Source: an uncultured Alphaproteobacteria bacterium (GTDB lineage Bacteria > Pseudomonadota > Alphaproteobacteria > CAZMTC01). From it: a stretch of DNA of 43,751 bases. Under the pieces are notes generated by a model. It was not told the DNA's origin and ran no database searches. It saw only the letters and a program-made list of their open reading frames with translations. The stretch lies in assembly GCA_964569105.1 (NCBI GenBank), contig CAZMTC010000003.1:1-43751 (forward strand), in the 5' to 3' direction. A program made the translations under genes and the position numbers. Shown here one piece after another: positions 31,553 through 40,506 of this stretch. Every line of letters begins with the position of its first letter. Position 1 is the stretch's first letter.

Positions 31553-32314
31553 ATGGATCTGATGGACAAGGTCGCCGTGGTCACCGGCGCGGGCCAGGGC
31601 TTCGGCGAGGGCATCGCGCGGCACATGGCGGGGCTGGGCGCGCATGTGCTGTGCGCCGACATCAACGCCGAGACGGCCGAGCGCACTGCCGCCGCGATCG
31701 TCCAGGGCGGCGGCAAGGCCAAGGCGGTCACCGCCGACGTCACCAGGTCGGAATCGGTCAAGGCGATGATCGACGCGGCGGTGGACGGGTTCGGCCGCCT
31801 CGACATCGTCGTCAACAACGCCGGCACGACGCATCGCAACATGCCCATGCTGGAGGTCGACGAGGCGACCTTCGACCGGGTCTACGCGGTCAACGTCAAG
31901 TCGATCTACCTCACCGCCCGGCACGCCGTGCCGGTGCTGCGCGAGCAGGGCGAGGGCGGCGTCATCGTCAACATCGCCTCGACCGCCGGCGTGCGGCCGC
32001 GGCCCGGGCTGACCTGGTACAACGGCTCGAAGGGCGCGGTGATCGTGCTGACCAAGTCGATGGCCGCCGAGCTGGCGCCCGACCGGATCCGGGTGTGCGC
32101 GGTCAACCCGGTGGCGGGCGAGACGCCGCTGCTCGACAGCTTCCTGCCCGGCGGCGACCGGCCCGAATCGCGCGCCCAGTTCGTCGCCACCGTGCCGCTC
32201 GGTCGCCTGTCGACGGCGAACGACGTGGCGCGCGCGGTGTCCTGGCTGGCTTCGGACGACGCCGAGTTCATCACCGGCGTATGCATGGAGGTGGATGGCG
32301 GGCGGTGCATCTGA
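31553..32314 (+). CDS. Classical SDR oxidoreductase (FabG/glucose dehydrogenase-like)
   Basis: 253 aa with TGAGQGFGEGIA, NNAG and catalytic YNGSK. Confidence 0.8.
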   Translation: MDLMDKVAVVTGAGQGFGEGIARHMAGLGAHVLCADINAETAERTAAAIVQGGGKAKAVTADVTRSESVKAMIDAAVDGFGRLDIVVNNAGTTHRNMPMLEVDEATFDRVYAVNVKSIYLTARHAVPVLREQGEGGVIVNIASTAGVRPRPGLTWYNGSKGAVIVLTKSMAAELAPDRIRVCAVNPVAGETPLLDSFLPGGDRPESRAQFVATVPLGRLSTANDVARAVSWLASDDAEFITGVCMEVDGGRCI

Positions 32315-32329
32315 GGCGCCGCGCCGCCC

Positions 32330-33466
32330 CTACCCCCGCCCCTTCAGCAGGTGGCGGGCGATAACGACGTTCTGGATCTCGGTGGTGCCGTCCATGAACT
32401 GGGCCAGCTTGGCGCCGGCCAGATGGCGGGCCAGCGGGTAGTCGGCGCGGGCGCCGTTGGCGCCCATGGCCTGCATGCAGTCGGCGAGACGGGCGAGCGC
32501 CGCGCGGGTGGCGAACTTCTTGGCATGCGCCGCCATCGGCGCGGCACCGGCGCCCGCCTCGACCCGGGTGATCGCTTCGTAGGCGAGCAGGCGCGCGGCT
32601 TCCAGGTCGGTGGCGGCGTCGGCGAGCAGGAACTGGACGCCCTGGAACTCGGCGGTCGACTGGCCGAAGGCGCGGCGCGACGCGGCGTAGTCGATCGCGC
32701 ATTCGAGCCCCGCGCGCATCATGCCGCACATCATGGCGGCGAGCGTGGCGCGGGCCAGGTCGATGCCGCCCATCGCCGCCTTGAAGCCGTCGCCGGGGCC
32801 GAGCAGCATCGCTTCCTCCGGCACCGCGACGTCGGCCAGGGCGATACCGCCCGCGCCCATGGCGTGGCCGCCGAGCAGCGAGTAGGGCTCGGTGCGGCTG
32901 ACGCCTTCGGCGCCGGCGTCGACCAGGAAGCAGGCGATACCGCGCCAGCCGGCGGCGGTGTCGGTCTGGGCATAGACCGACAGGATGTCGGCGGCGGCGG
33001 CATTGGTGACCCAGGCCTTCTCGCCCTCGATCCGCCAGCCGCCGCCGTCGCGTCGCGCGCGGGTGGCGACGGCGGCGGCGTCCGAGCCCATGCCCGGCTC
33101 GGTCAGCAGGAAGGCGCCGATGCGCCGGCCCGCGACCATCGCAGGCAGGTGGCGCTCCTTGTGGGCGTCGGTGCCGTTGCGGGCGATGTTGGCGGCGAGG
33201 TTGTTGTGCACGACCAGCGCGAAGGCGAAGGCGAAGTCGGCGGCCGCCAGCTCCTCCATCGCGCGCGCGAGCACGGTCGGGCTGGCGCCAGCACCGCCCA
33301 GCGCCTCGGGCACCAGCAGGCCGGTGAGCCCGGCATCGCCCGCCGCGGCGATCGCTTCGCGCGGGAAGCGGCGCTGCTCCTCCCAGCCCCGCGCATTGGG
33401 CGCGACGAACTCGGCGGCGAAGGTGCGGGCGGCGGCGACGGCGGGATGTTCGGCAGTGGTGTCCAT
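32330..33466 (-). CDS. Acyl-CoA dehydrogenase family protein (378 aa) with Asp in place of the canonical catalytic Glu
   Basis: I trimmed ORF 32330..34114 to ATG 33466 (MDTTAEHP..). ACAD motifs LLTEPGMGSD and WVTNA are present. The C-terminal motif reads FMDGTTEIQ where ACADs normally have YEGT..IQ. Confidence 0.8.
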   Translation of the reverse strand: MDTTAEHPAVAAARTFAAEFVAPNARGWEEQRRFPREAIAAAGDAGLTGLLVPEALGGAGASPTVLARAMEELAAADFAFAFALVVHNNLAANIARNGTDAHKERHLPAMVAGRRIGAFLLTEPGMGSDAAAVATRARRDGGGWRIEGEKAWVTNAAAADILSVYAQTDTAAGWRGIACFLVDAGAEGVSRTEPYSLLGGHAMGAGGIALADVAVPEEAMLLGPGDGFKAAMGGIDLARATLAAMMCGMMRAGLECAIDYAASRRAFGQSTAEFQGVQFLLADAATDLEAARLLAYEAITRVEAGAGAAPMAAHAKKFATRAALARLADCMQAMGANGARADYPLARHLAGAKLAQFMDGTTEIQNVVIARHLLKGRG

Positions 33467-33477
33467 GGCGACCCCCG

Positions 33478-34488
33478 TCACGCGGCCCGGGCAACAGCTA
33501 CTGGGACGAAGGCGGCGGCCTCGCGCAGCACTTCGGCGCCCGCACCGGTACGACCGACGTTCTCCGACAGGTATCGACGCCACTTCCGCGCGCCGGGCAG
33601 GCCGGCGAACAGGCCCATGGCGTGGCGCGCGAGCACGCGCAGCGGCACGCCGGCGGCGACCTGGCGCTCGGCGTAGTCGGCGTAGGCGTCGAGCGCCGCG
33701 TGGCGCTCGAGCGGCTCGTTCGTGTCGCCCCACAGCCGGCGGTCGGCCTCTGCCAGCATCCAGGGCTCGTCGTAGGCGGCGCGGCCGATCATGACCCCAT
33801 CGACATGGCCGAGCTGTTCCGCGGCCTCCTCGAGGGTGCGGATGCCGCCGTTGATCACGACCTCGAGGCCCGGGAAGTCGCGCACGAGGCGGTGGACGCG
33901 GGCGTAGTCGAGCGGCGGGATCTCGCGGTTCTCCTTCGGGCTCAGCCCGCTGAGCCAGGCCTTGCGCGCGTGGACGATCAGCGTGCCGCAACCGGCTTCG
34001 GCCACCTTGCCCACGAAGTCGGCGAGGAAGTCGTAGCTGTCGCGGTCGTCGATGCCGATGCGGGTCTTGACCGTGACGGGAATGTCCGTGGCGTCGCGCA
34101 TGGCGCGCACGCACGCGGCCACCGTCTCGGGCCGCGCCATCAGGCAGGCGCCGAAGGCTCCGGACTGCACCCGATCGGAAGGGCAGCCGACGTTGATGTT
34201 GACCTCGTCATAGCCCCACTGGGTGGCGATGCGCATGCATTCGGCCATCTCCACAGGATCGGAGCCGCCGAGCTGAAGCGCCACGGGATGCTCGGCCGGA
34301 TCGAAGCCCAAATGCCGCGCGCGGTCGCCATGCAGCACCGCGCCCGCCGCCACCATCTCGGTGTAGAGCAATGCGCGCCGGGTCAGGAGCCGCGCCAGGT
34401 ACCGGAAGTGCCGGTCGGTGCAGTCCATCATCGGCGCCACGCTCAGGCGGCGGTCGAGGCGGTCCGAAGTGTCGTTCGCGTCCTGCAT
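33478..34488 (-). CDS. dusA: tRNA-dihydrouridine(20/20a) synthase DusA
   Basis: I trimmed ORF 33478..34749 to ATG 34488 (MQDAND..RLSVAPMMDCTDRHFRYLARL..NINVGCPSDRVQSGAFGACLM..HARKAWLSGLSPKENREIPPL). These are typical DusA signatures. Confidence 0.9.
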   Translation of the reverse strand: MQDANDTSDRLDRRLSVAPMMDCTDRHFRYLARLLTRRALLYTEMVAAGAVLHGDRARHLGFDPAEHPVALQLGGSDPVEMAECMRIATQWGYDEVNINVGCPSDRVQSGAFGACLMARPETVAACVRAMRDATDIPVTVKTRIGIDDRDSYDFLADFVGKVAEAGCGTLIVHARKAWLSGLSPKENREIPPLDYARVHRLVRDFPGLEVVINGGIRTLEEAAEQLGHVDGVMIGRAAYDEPWMLAEADRRLWGDTNEPLERHAALDAYADYAERQVAAGVPLRVLARHAMGLFAGLPGARKWRRYLSENVGRTGAGAEVLREAAAFVPVAVARAA

Positions 34489-34573
34489 GAGCCCTAATAT
34501 AACGGCACGTTTGACAGATGCGACCCTGTGGGGAACTGTCGCGCTGCAACACCGATCAGGAGGACCCGACGCC

Positions 34574-35545
34574 ATGCCGTTGCCCGCGCAACTCCAGGGG
34601 CGCCTGCGCCTGCCCGCCATCGCCGCGCCGATGTTCCTGGTGTCGGGACCCGATTTGGTGGTCGAAGCGTGCAAGGCCGGCGTACTGGGCGGCTTCCCGG
34701 CGCTGAACCAGCGCACCTCGGAGGGGTTCGAGCAATGGCTCGAGGACATCGCGGCGCGGCTGGCCGGCGCGCCCGGCGCAGCGCCCTACGGCGTCAACCT
34801 GATCGTCCACAAGACCAACCCGCGGGTCGAGGCCGACCTGAAGCTGTGCGTCGCGCACGAGGTGCCGGTGGTGATCACCTCGCTGGGCGCGGCGGTCGAG
34901 GTGGTCGAGGCGGTGCATTCCTACGGCGGCGTGGTGTTCCACGACGTCACCAACATGCGCCACGCGGCCAAGGCGATTGCGGCCGGGGTCGATGGGCTGA
35001 TCCTGGTGGCCAACGGCGCGGGCGGCCATGCCGGGACGACCAACCCCTTCGCGCTGGCCGCCGAGGCGCGGCGCGAATGGCCGGAGACGACGCTGATCCT
35101 GTCGGGCTGCATCTCCGACGGCCGGCAGATCGCGGCGGCCGAGGTGATGGGCGCGGACCTGGCCTATCTGGGCACGCGCTTCATCAACACCCGGGAGAGC
35201 CTGGCCAAGGACGCCTACAAGGAGATGATCGTCGCCGCCCACGCCGCCGACATCGTCTACACGCCCAAAATCTCGGGCGTGCCGGCGAGCTTCCTGCGCG
35301 AGAGCCTGGTCAAGGCGGGCATGGACCCCGACACCCTGCCCGACAAGACCGATGTCGACATGGGCGAGGAGCTGGACACCGAATCGCGCGCCTGGAAGGA
35401 CATCTGGTCGGCCGGGCAGGGCGTCGGAACCATCGACGACGTGCCCCCCGTGGCGGAGCTGGTCGACCGGCTCGACCGCGAGTACCGCGAGGCCAACACC
35501 GCCGCCGCGCACAGAGCCGTCCCCGCGGCCAGCGCGGCCGAATAG
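34574..35545 (+). CDS. Nitronate monooxygenase / NPD-family FMN oxidoreductase
   Basis: The frame is that of ORF 34418..35545. I start it at ATG 34574, after a CAGGAGGA RBS. PAIAAPMFLVSGPDLV, GLILVANGAGGHAG and LGTRFI are the 2-nitropropane dioxygenase family motifs. Confidence 0.8.
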   Translation: MPLPAQLQGRLRLPAIAAPMFLVSGPDLVVEACKAGVLGGFPALNQRTSEGFEQWLEDIAARLAGAPGAAPYGVNLIVHKTNPRVEADLKLCVAHEVPVVITSLGAAVEVVEAVHSYGGVVFHDVTNMRHAAKAIAAGVDGLILVANGAGGHAGTTNPFALAAEARREWPETTLILSGCISDGRQIAAAEVMGADLAYLGTRFINTRESLAKDAYKEMIVAAHAADIVYTPKISGVPASFLRESLVKAGMDPDTLPDKTDVDMGEELDTESRAWKDIWSAGQGVGTIDDVPPVAELVDRLDREYREANTAAAHRAVPAASAAE

Positions 35546-35564
35546 CGAGACCGCACCGCCGGGC

Positions 35565-36506
35565 CTAGGCGGCCCCGCCGCGGGGCTGGCTCCGCCGCAG
35601 ATGCCGCGGGCGCACGACCTCGGTGGCCAGACCGACCGCCTCCAGCGCACGGATCAACAGCCAGGTCAGGTCAACCTCCCACCAGCGGTGCCAGTTGCAT
35701 GCGCTGGTCTGGTCGGCATGGTGGTTGTTGTGCCAGCCTTCGCCGACGGCGAGCAGCCCAACCAGCCAGTTGTTGCGCGAATCGTCGGGCGTGTCCCAGT
35801 TGCGATAGCCGATCATGTGGGTCAGCGAGTTCACCGACCAGGTGATATGCCACACGATCACCGTGCGCACGAACACTCCCCAGACCAGGACGCTCAACCC
35901 CAGCTGCAGGCCGGCCGCGGGCGAACCCTGGGTCAGCCAGCCGGCCGCGAAGCCGGCGGCGTAGAACAGCACTGCGTGCGCGGCGTAGATGCCGTAGACG
36001 CCGAGCGGATTCTTCTGCAGCCAGCGATAGAACGGGTCGCGCAGAACGTCGCGGGCGTAGGCCTGATAGGCCGGTGCGCCCTCGATCGCAGGGTTGTGGC
36101 GGAACAGGCAGCCGCAATGGGCCCTTACGCCGCCGGCGCGCGGCGTGTGCGGATCGCCCGGCGCGTCCGAATAGCGGTGATGCGCGCGGTGATGCGTGAC
36201 CCAGCGTACCGGCCCGTCCTGCATGCAGCACAGCGCGATCACGACGAGCAGCCGCTCGAGCCAGCGCGGCACCCGCAGGCTGCGATGGGTGAGAATGCGG
36301 TGATAGCCGAGGTTGATGCCGGTGCCGAAGAGCACGATACCCGGAACCAGGACAGCCACCCCGGTCCAGCTGAACAGCCACGGCACGGCCGCGAGCAGCG
36401 CCAGCACATGGACCCCGCCGATGCCCAGCAGGTAGAGCCGGTTGACGCGTCCGCCGCGAGCGGGGACCGCGCCGGCGGATATCGGGTCGGTCTGGATAGA
36501 GGCCAC
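35565..36506 (-). CDS. Membrane acyl-CoA/acyl-lipid desaturase (delta-9-type, three His boxes)
   Basis: The frame is that of ORF 35565..36695. His boxes are HRILTH, HRAHH and HNNHH. The first 63 track codons look non-coding, so I propose GTG 36506 (VASIQTDP..). The start is uncertain. Confidence 0.7.
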   Translation of the reverse strand: MASIQTDPISAGAVPARGGRVNRLYLLGIGGVHVLALLAAVPWLFSWTGVAVLVPGIVLFGTGINLGYHRILTHRSLRVPRWLERLLVVIALCCMQDGPVRWVTHHRAHHRYSDAPGDPHTPRAGGVRAHCGCLFRHNPAIEGAPAYQAYARDVLRDPFYRWLQKNPLGVYGIYAAHAVLFYAAGFAAGWLTQGSPAAGLQLGLSVLVWGVFVRTVIVWHITWSVNSLTHMIGYRNWDTPDDSRNNWLVGLLAVGEGWHNNHHADQTSACNWHRWWEVDLTWLLIRALEAVGLATEVVRPRHLRRSQPRGGAA

Positions 36507-36732
36507 GTACGGTTCCGCGAGCAGGGTCGAGCAGGCACGCAGCCTCGCACAACCGCGGCCAAAACCCCAGCCCGTTCGGACGACCGGGCCGCAAATCGGC
36601 TCAAAAAGATGCGCATACGCAACCCTTCCCCCCTTTACGGCGCAGTTTTTCACGGCATAGTGAGCGGCCGGCGAAGGCGCTCCGATCCGAGACAAGGGGC
36701 CCGGCCGAACAGGGAGACGTGGAGGAGACGCG

Positions 36733-37686
36733 GTGGAAGCATTGCAGCTTCTGGTCGGGGGGATCGCGAACGGCTGCGTCTACGGGCTGATCGCGCTGGG
36801 CTTTGTGCTCATCTACAAGGCGACCGAGCAGGTCAACTTCGCCCAGGGCGACATGATGATGCTCGGCGCCTTTTTCGGGCTGACCTTCATCGCCGATTTC
36901 GGCATGCCCTGGTGGCAGGGCGTGATCCTGGCGATCGCGTTCATGGCGATGCTCGGCTTCGCGCTCGAGGTCGTGGCGCTGCGGCCGATCATGGGCCAGC
37001 CGCAGTTCGCGGTGGTGATCCTGACGATCGCGCTGGGCTTCGTGTTCCGCTCGGCCGCGGGCGCGATCTGGGGCCATGACCCGCAGAGCTTCCAGACGCC
37101 CTATTCGGGCGGCGTGACCCAGATCGGCGACCCGGCGGGCAGCCAGGTCACCATCGGGCACGAGAGCGTGGCGGTGGTGCTCGGCACGGTGGTGCTGGTC
37201 GGCCTGCTCTACGCCTTCTTCCGCTTCACGCGCATGGGCATCGCCATGCAGGCGAGCTCGCAGAACCAGCTCGCCGCCTACTACATGGGCATCCCGGTCA
37301 AGCGCGTGTTTTCCATGATCTGGGCGATCAGCGCGGGCGTGGCCGCGGTCGCCGGGCTGCTGCTCGCGCCGATGCAGCTGGTCGACCCGGACATGGGGCT
37401 GACCGGCATCAAGGCCTTCGCCGCCGCGGTCGTCGGCGGCTTCGGCTCGCTCCCGGGCGCGATGATCGGCGGCATTCTCATTGGTGTCGTAGAGCCCTTC
37501 GCCCAGGTCTACATCCCGATGGAGGTGTCGACCGGCATCGGTCCGGTCGACTGGGCCTTCGCCCGGCTCGACGAGTTCCTGCAGGTGATCGGCATGACTA
37601 CGACCTCGGCCTATTGGCTGATGCTGATCGTCCTGGTGGTCCGCCCGCAGGGCCTGTTCGCACAGATGCAGCGCAAGAAGGTTTAG
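36733..37686 (+). CDS. livH: Branched-chain-amino-acid-type ABC transporter permease (LivH family)
   Basis: 317 aa with a GTG start after a GGAGGAG RBS. The N-terminus LLVGGIANGCVYGLIALGFVLIYKAT..NFAQGD is LivH-typical. Confidence 0.85.
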   Translation: MEALQLLVGGIANGCVYGLIALGFVLIYKATEQVNFAQGDMMMLGAFFGLTFIADFGMPWWQGVILAIAFMAMLGFALEVVALRPIMGQPQFAVVILTIALGFVFRSAAGAIWGHDPQSFQTPYSGGVTQIGDPAGSQVTIGHESVAVVLGTVVLVGLLYAFFRFTRMGIAMQASSQNQLAAYYMGIPVKRVFSMIWAISAGVAAVAGLLLAPMQLVDPDMGLTGIKAFAAAVVGGFGSLPGAMIGGILIGVVEPFAQVYIPMEVSTGIGPVDWAFARLDEFLQVIGMTTTSAYWLMLIVLVVRPQGLFAQMQRKKV

Positions 37687-37697
37687 GGCCCGTAGCC

Positions 37698-38876
37698 ATG
37701 CGGATCGTCTTCAAGACCCGGTACGAGCAGGACATCCGGCTCATCAAGCACGGCGGCCAGGCCTTCTGGTACGGCGTGCTGGCGGTGGGGGTGCTGGCCG
37801 TGCCCCTGGCGCTCACCTGGCTGGCGCCCGGACAGGCGCAGTTCTACACCGGCGAGTTGAGCTTCGTGATGATCTTCGCCATCGCGGGGATCGGGCTGAT
37901 GCTGCTCACGGGATTCACCGGGCTGGTCAGCCTCGGGCACGCGGCGTATCTGGGCATCGGCGCCTATGCCCACGCCTGGTTTCTGCAGCACGGCGTGCCC
38001 TTCGTGCTGTCGATCCCGATGGCCGGCGTGGTGGCGTCGATCGTCGGCATCGCCTTCGCCATCCCGGCGCTGCGCATGACCGGCATCTACCTCGCCATCG
38101 CCTCGCTGGTCTTCGCGGTGATCGTCGAGCAGGTGCTGATCAACTGGGAAAGCGTGACCGGCGGCTTCGCCGGCTTCCCGGTGCCCAACGCGGTGATCTT
38201 CGGCTGGGACGTCTCGCCGGTCTCGAACCCCGACGCGTTCTACTACCTGACCCTCGGCATCCTCGTGATCGTGCTGCTGGGGGCGATCAACCTGCTGCGC
38301 AGCCCGACCGGCCGGGCGATGATCGCGATCCGCGACAGCGAGATCTCGGCCCAGTCGATGGGCGTCAACATCGCCAGGTACAAGACCATCTCCTTCGGCC
38401 TGTCGGCGGGCATCACCGGCGTGGCCGGCGGGCTGATGGCGCACAAGATCGGCTATCTGGCGCCCGATGCGTTCAACATCATCGAGTCGATCCGGCTCCT
38501 GCTGATGATCGTGATCGGCGGGCTCGGCTCGCTGCACGGCGCCATCTTCGGCGCGGTCATCGTCGGCCTCCTTCCGCAGGCGCTGGCGATCATGCGCACC
38601 GAGGTCAACGAGCTGGGCTCGGCAGTCGCGGCGGAGGCCGGCGCGGTCGAGGCGGCGCTGGCCTGGCTGATCGGCGGCGTGCAGGACCTGGTCAGCTCGC
38701 CGGGCTTCGAGGCCGGGCTGTTCGGGTTGATCCTGGTGCTGATCATCGTGTTCGAGCCGATGGGGCTCTACGGCCGTTGGCGCAAGATCAAGCTCTACTT
38801 CGATTTGTTCCCGCTCTACCGCAAGGACACGTTCAAGCGGCAGAAGGCCTATCTCAAGACGGAGCGGATGCGGTGA
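37698..38876 (+). CDS. livM: Branched-chain-amino-acid-type ABC transporter permease (LivM family)
   Basis: I trimmed ORF 37614..38876 to ATG 37698, 12 nt after the livH stop. LLTGFTGLVSLGHAAYLGIGAY is LivM-typical. Confidence 0.85.
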   Translation: MRIVFKTRYEQDIRLIKHGGQAFWYGVLAVGVLAVPLALTWLAPGQAQFYTGELSFVMIFAIAGIGLMLLTGFTGLVSLGHAAYLGIGAYAHAWFLQHGVPFVLSIPMAGVVASIVGIAFAIPALRMTGIYLAIASLVFAVIVEQVLINWESVTGGFAGFPVPNAVIFGWDVSPVSNPDAFYYLTLGILVIVLLGAINLLRSPTGRAMIAIRDSEISAQSMGVNIARYKTISFGLSAGITGVAGGLMAHKIGYLAPDAFNIIESIRLLLMIVIGGLGSLHGAIFGAVIVGLLPQALAIMRTEVNELGSAVAAEAGAVEAALAWLIGGVQDLVSSPGFEAGLFGLILVLIIVFEPMGLYGRWRKIKLYFDLFPLYRKDTFKRQKAYLKTERMR

Positions 38877-39631
38877 GCTACTTCCAGGCCCAGGGCATCT
38901 CGATCCACTTCGGCGGCGTCAAGGCGGTCGACCAGGTCTCCTTCGACGTCGACGAGGGCACGGTATGCGCCATCGTCGGCCCCAACGGCGCCGGCAAGAC
39001 GACGATCTTCAACCTGATCTCGCGCATCTACGACCCGACCGAGGGACGGCTGATTTTCGACGGCCGGGACATCACCGGCATCGCGCCGCACAAGATCGCC
39101 TCGCTGGGGATCGCGCGGACTTTCCAGAACATCGAGCTGTTCGAGCACGCGACCGTGCTGCACAACCTTCTGGTCGGCCGACACCGCCACCGCCGCTCGG
39201 GCCTGATCGAGGAGGTGTTCTTCCCGTCCTCGATGAAGCGCAAGGAGGTGGCGGCGCGCGAGAAGGTCGAGGAGGTGATCGACTTCCTGGACCTGCAGCA
39301 CTACCGCGATCAGATGATCACGCAGCTGCCCTACGGCGTGCGCAAGGTCGTGGAGCTGGGCCGCGCGCTGTGCTCCGAGCCCAGGCTGCTGCTGCTGGAC
39401 GAGCCGGCCTCGGGCCTCAATGTCGAGGAGACCGAGGACATGGCCTTCTGGATCGAGGACATCAAGAAGGACCTGGGCGTCACCGTGATCATGGTCGAGC
39501 ACGACATGTCGCTCGTTTCCGACGTCTCGGACAAGGTGATCGCGCTGACCGACGGACGGGTGATCGCCGAGGGCACCTCGAAGGAGGTCCAGTCGGACCC
39601 CGAGGTCGTCCGCGCCTATCTGGGAGCCTGA
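38873..39631 (+). CDS. livG: ABC transporter ATP-binding protein (LivG family)
   Basis: The GTG at 38873 overlaps the livM stop (GTGA). Shows Walker A GPNGAGKTT, LPYGVRKVVELGRAL and Walker B LLLLDEPASG. Confidence 0.85.
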   Translation: MSYFQAQGISIHFGGVKAVDQVSFDVDEGTVCAIVGPNGAGKTTIFNLISRIYDPTEGRLIFDGRDITGIAPHKIASLGIARTFQNIELFEHATVLHNLLVGRHRHRRSGLIEEVFFPSSMKRKEVAAREKVEEVIDFLDLQHYRDQMITQLPYGVRKVVELGRALCSEPRLLLLDEPASGLNVEETEDMAFWIEDIKKDLGVTVIMVEHDMSLVSDVSDKVIALTDGRVIAEGTSKEVQSDPEVVRAYLGA

Positions 39632-39636
39632 CCGCC

Positions 39637-40452
39637 ATGGCCGAGACCGCGACCGCCGAGAGGACCGAAGCCCGCGCCGGCGCCGAGCCGATGCTCAAGG
39701 TGCGCAACATCGAGACCTATTACGGCCCGATCATGGCCATCCGCGGCGTGTCGCTGGAGGTGCACAAAGGCCAGATCGTCACCGTGCTGGGCTCCAACGG
39801 CGCCGGCAAGACCACCGTGCTCAAGACCATCTCGGGCGTGATGGATCCGGAGAAAGGCTCGATCACCTTCGAGGACCGGCCGATCCACAGGCGCGACCCC
39901 GACTGGGTCGCGCGCCACGGCATCGCCCACGTCCCCGAGGGGCGCGAGGTGTTTCCCTTCCTGACCGTACGCGAGAACCTCCGCATGGGCGCCTACACCC
40001 GCTCCGACACGGCGCAGATCGCCGCGGATCTGGAGATGGTCTACCGCTATTTCCCGATCCTCGAGGAGCGCGCGAGCCAGCAGGCGGGCTACCTCTCGGG
40101 CGGCCAGCAGCAGATGCTGGCGATCGGCCGCGGGCTGATGGCGCGGCCCGAGCTGATGCTGCTCGACGAACCGTCGCTGGGCCTGTCGCCGATCCTGGTC
40201 AAGGAGATCTTCGAGATCATCGAACGGCTCAACAAGGAGCAGGGCGTGACCATGCTGCTGGTCGAGCAGAACGCCAACATGGCGCTCAGGGTCGGCGACT
40301 ACGGCTACGTCATCGAGAACGGCCGCATCGTCATGGAGGACGAATGCGCCAAGCTGGCCGAGAGCGACGACGTCAAGGAGTTCTTTCTCGGCATCAAGGA
40401 CACCGGCGTGCGAGGCAAGAAGCGCTGGAAGCGTCGCAAGACATGGCGTTGA
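39637..40452 (+). CDS. livF: ABC transporter ATP-binding protein (LivF family) with a basic C-terminal tail
   Basis: The ATG at 39637 is in the frame of ORF 38965..40452. Shows Walker A GSNGAGKTT, LSGGQQQMLAIGR and LMLLDEPSLGL. The tail is GVRGKKRWKRRKTWR. An alternative start is MLKVRNIE at 39691. Confidence 0.85.
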   Translation: MAETATAERTEARAGAEPMLKVRNIETYYGPIMAIRGVSLEVHKGQIVTVLGSNGAGKTTVLKTISGVMDPEKGSITFEDRPIHRRDPDWVARHGIAHVPEGREVFPFLTVRENLRMGAYTRSDTAQIAADLEMVYRYFPILEERASQQAGYLSGGQQQMLAIGRGLMARPELMLLDEPSLGLSPILVKEIFEIIERLNKEQGVTMLLVEQNANMALRVGDYGYVIENGRIVMEDECAKLAESDDVKEFFLGIKDTGVRGKKRWKRRKTWR

Positions 40453-40506
40453 TACCATGGCATTGACGCAATTGCGCAGCTAGACTGCATCCGGAGGAAA
40501 TCGCCA

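Noticed and set aside
33478-34573. Genomic-island insertion at the 5' end of dusA (a known integrase target)
   Set aside because: The dusA reading frame and N-terminus look intact. The upstream neighbour is an ordinary divergent nitronate monooxygenase gene only 85 nt away. No integrase or duplicated dusA 5' fragment is visible.
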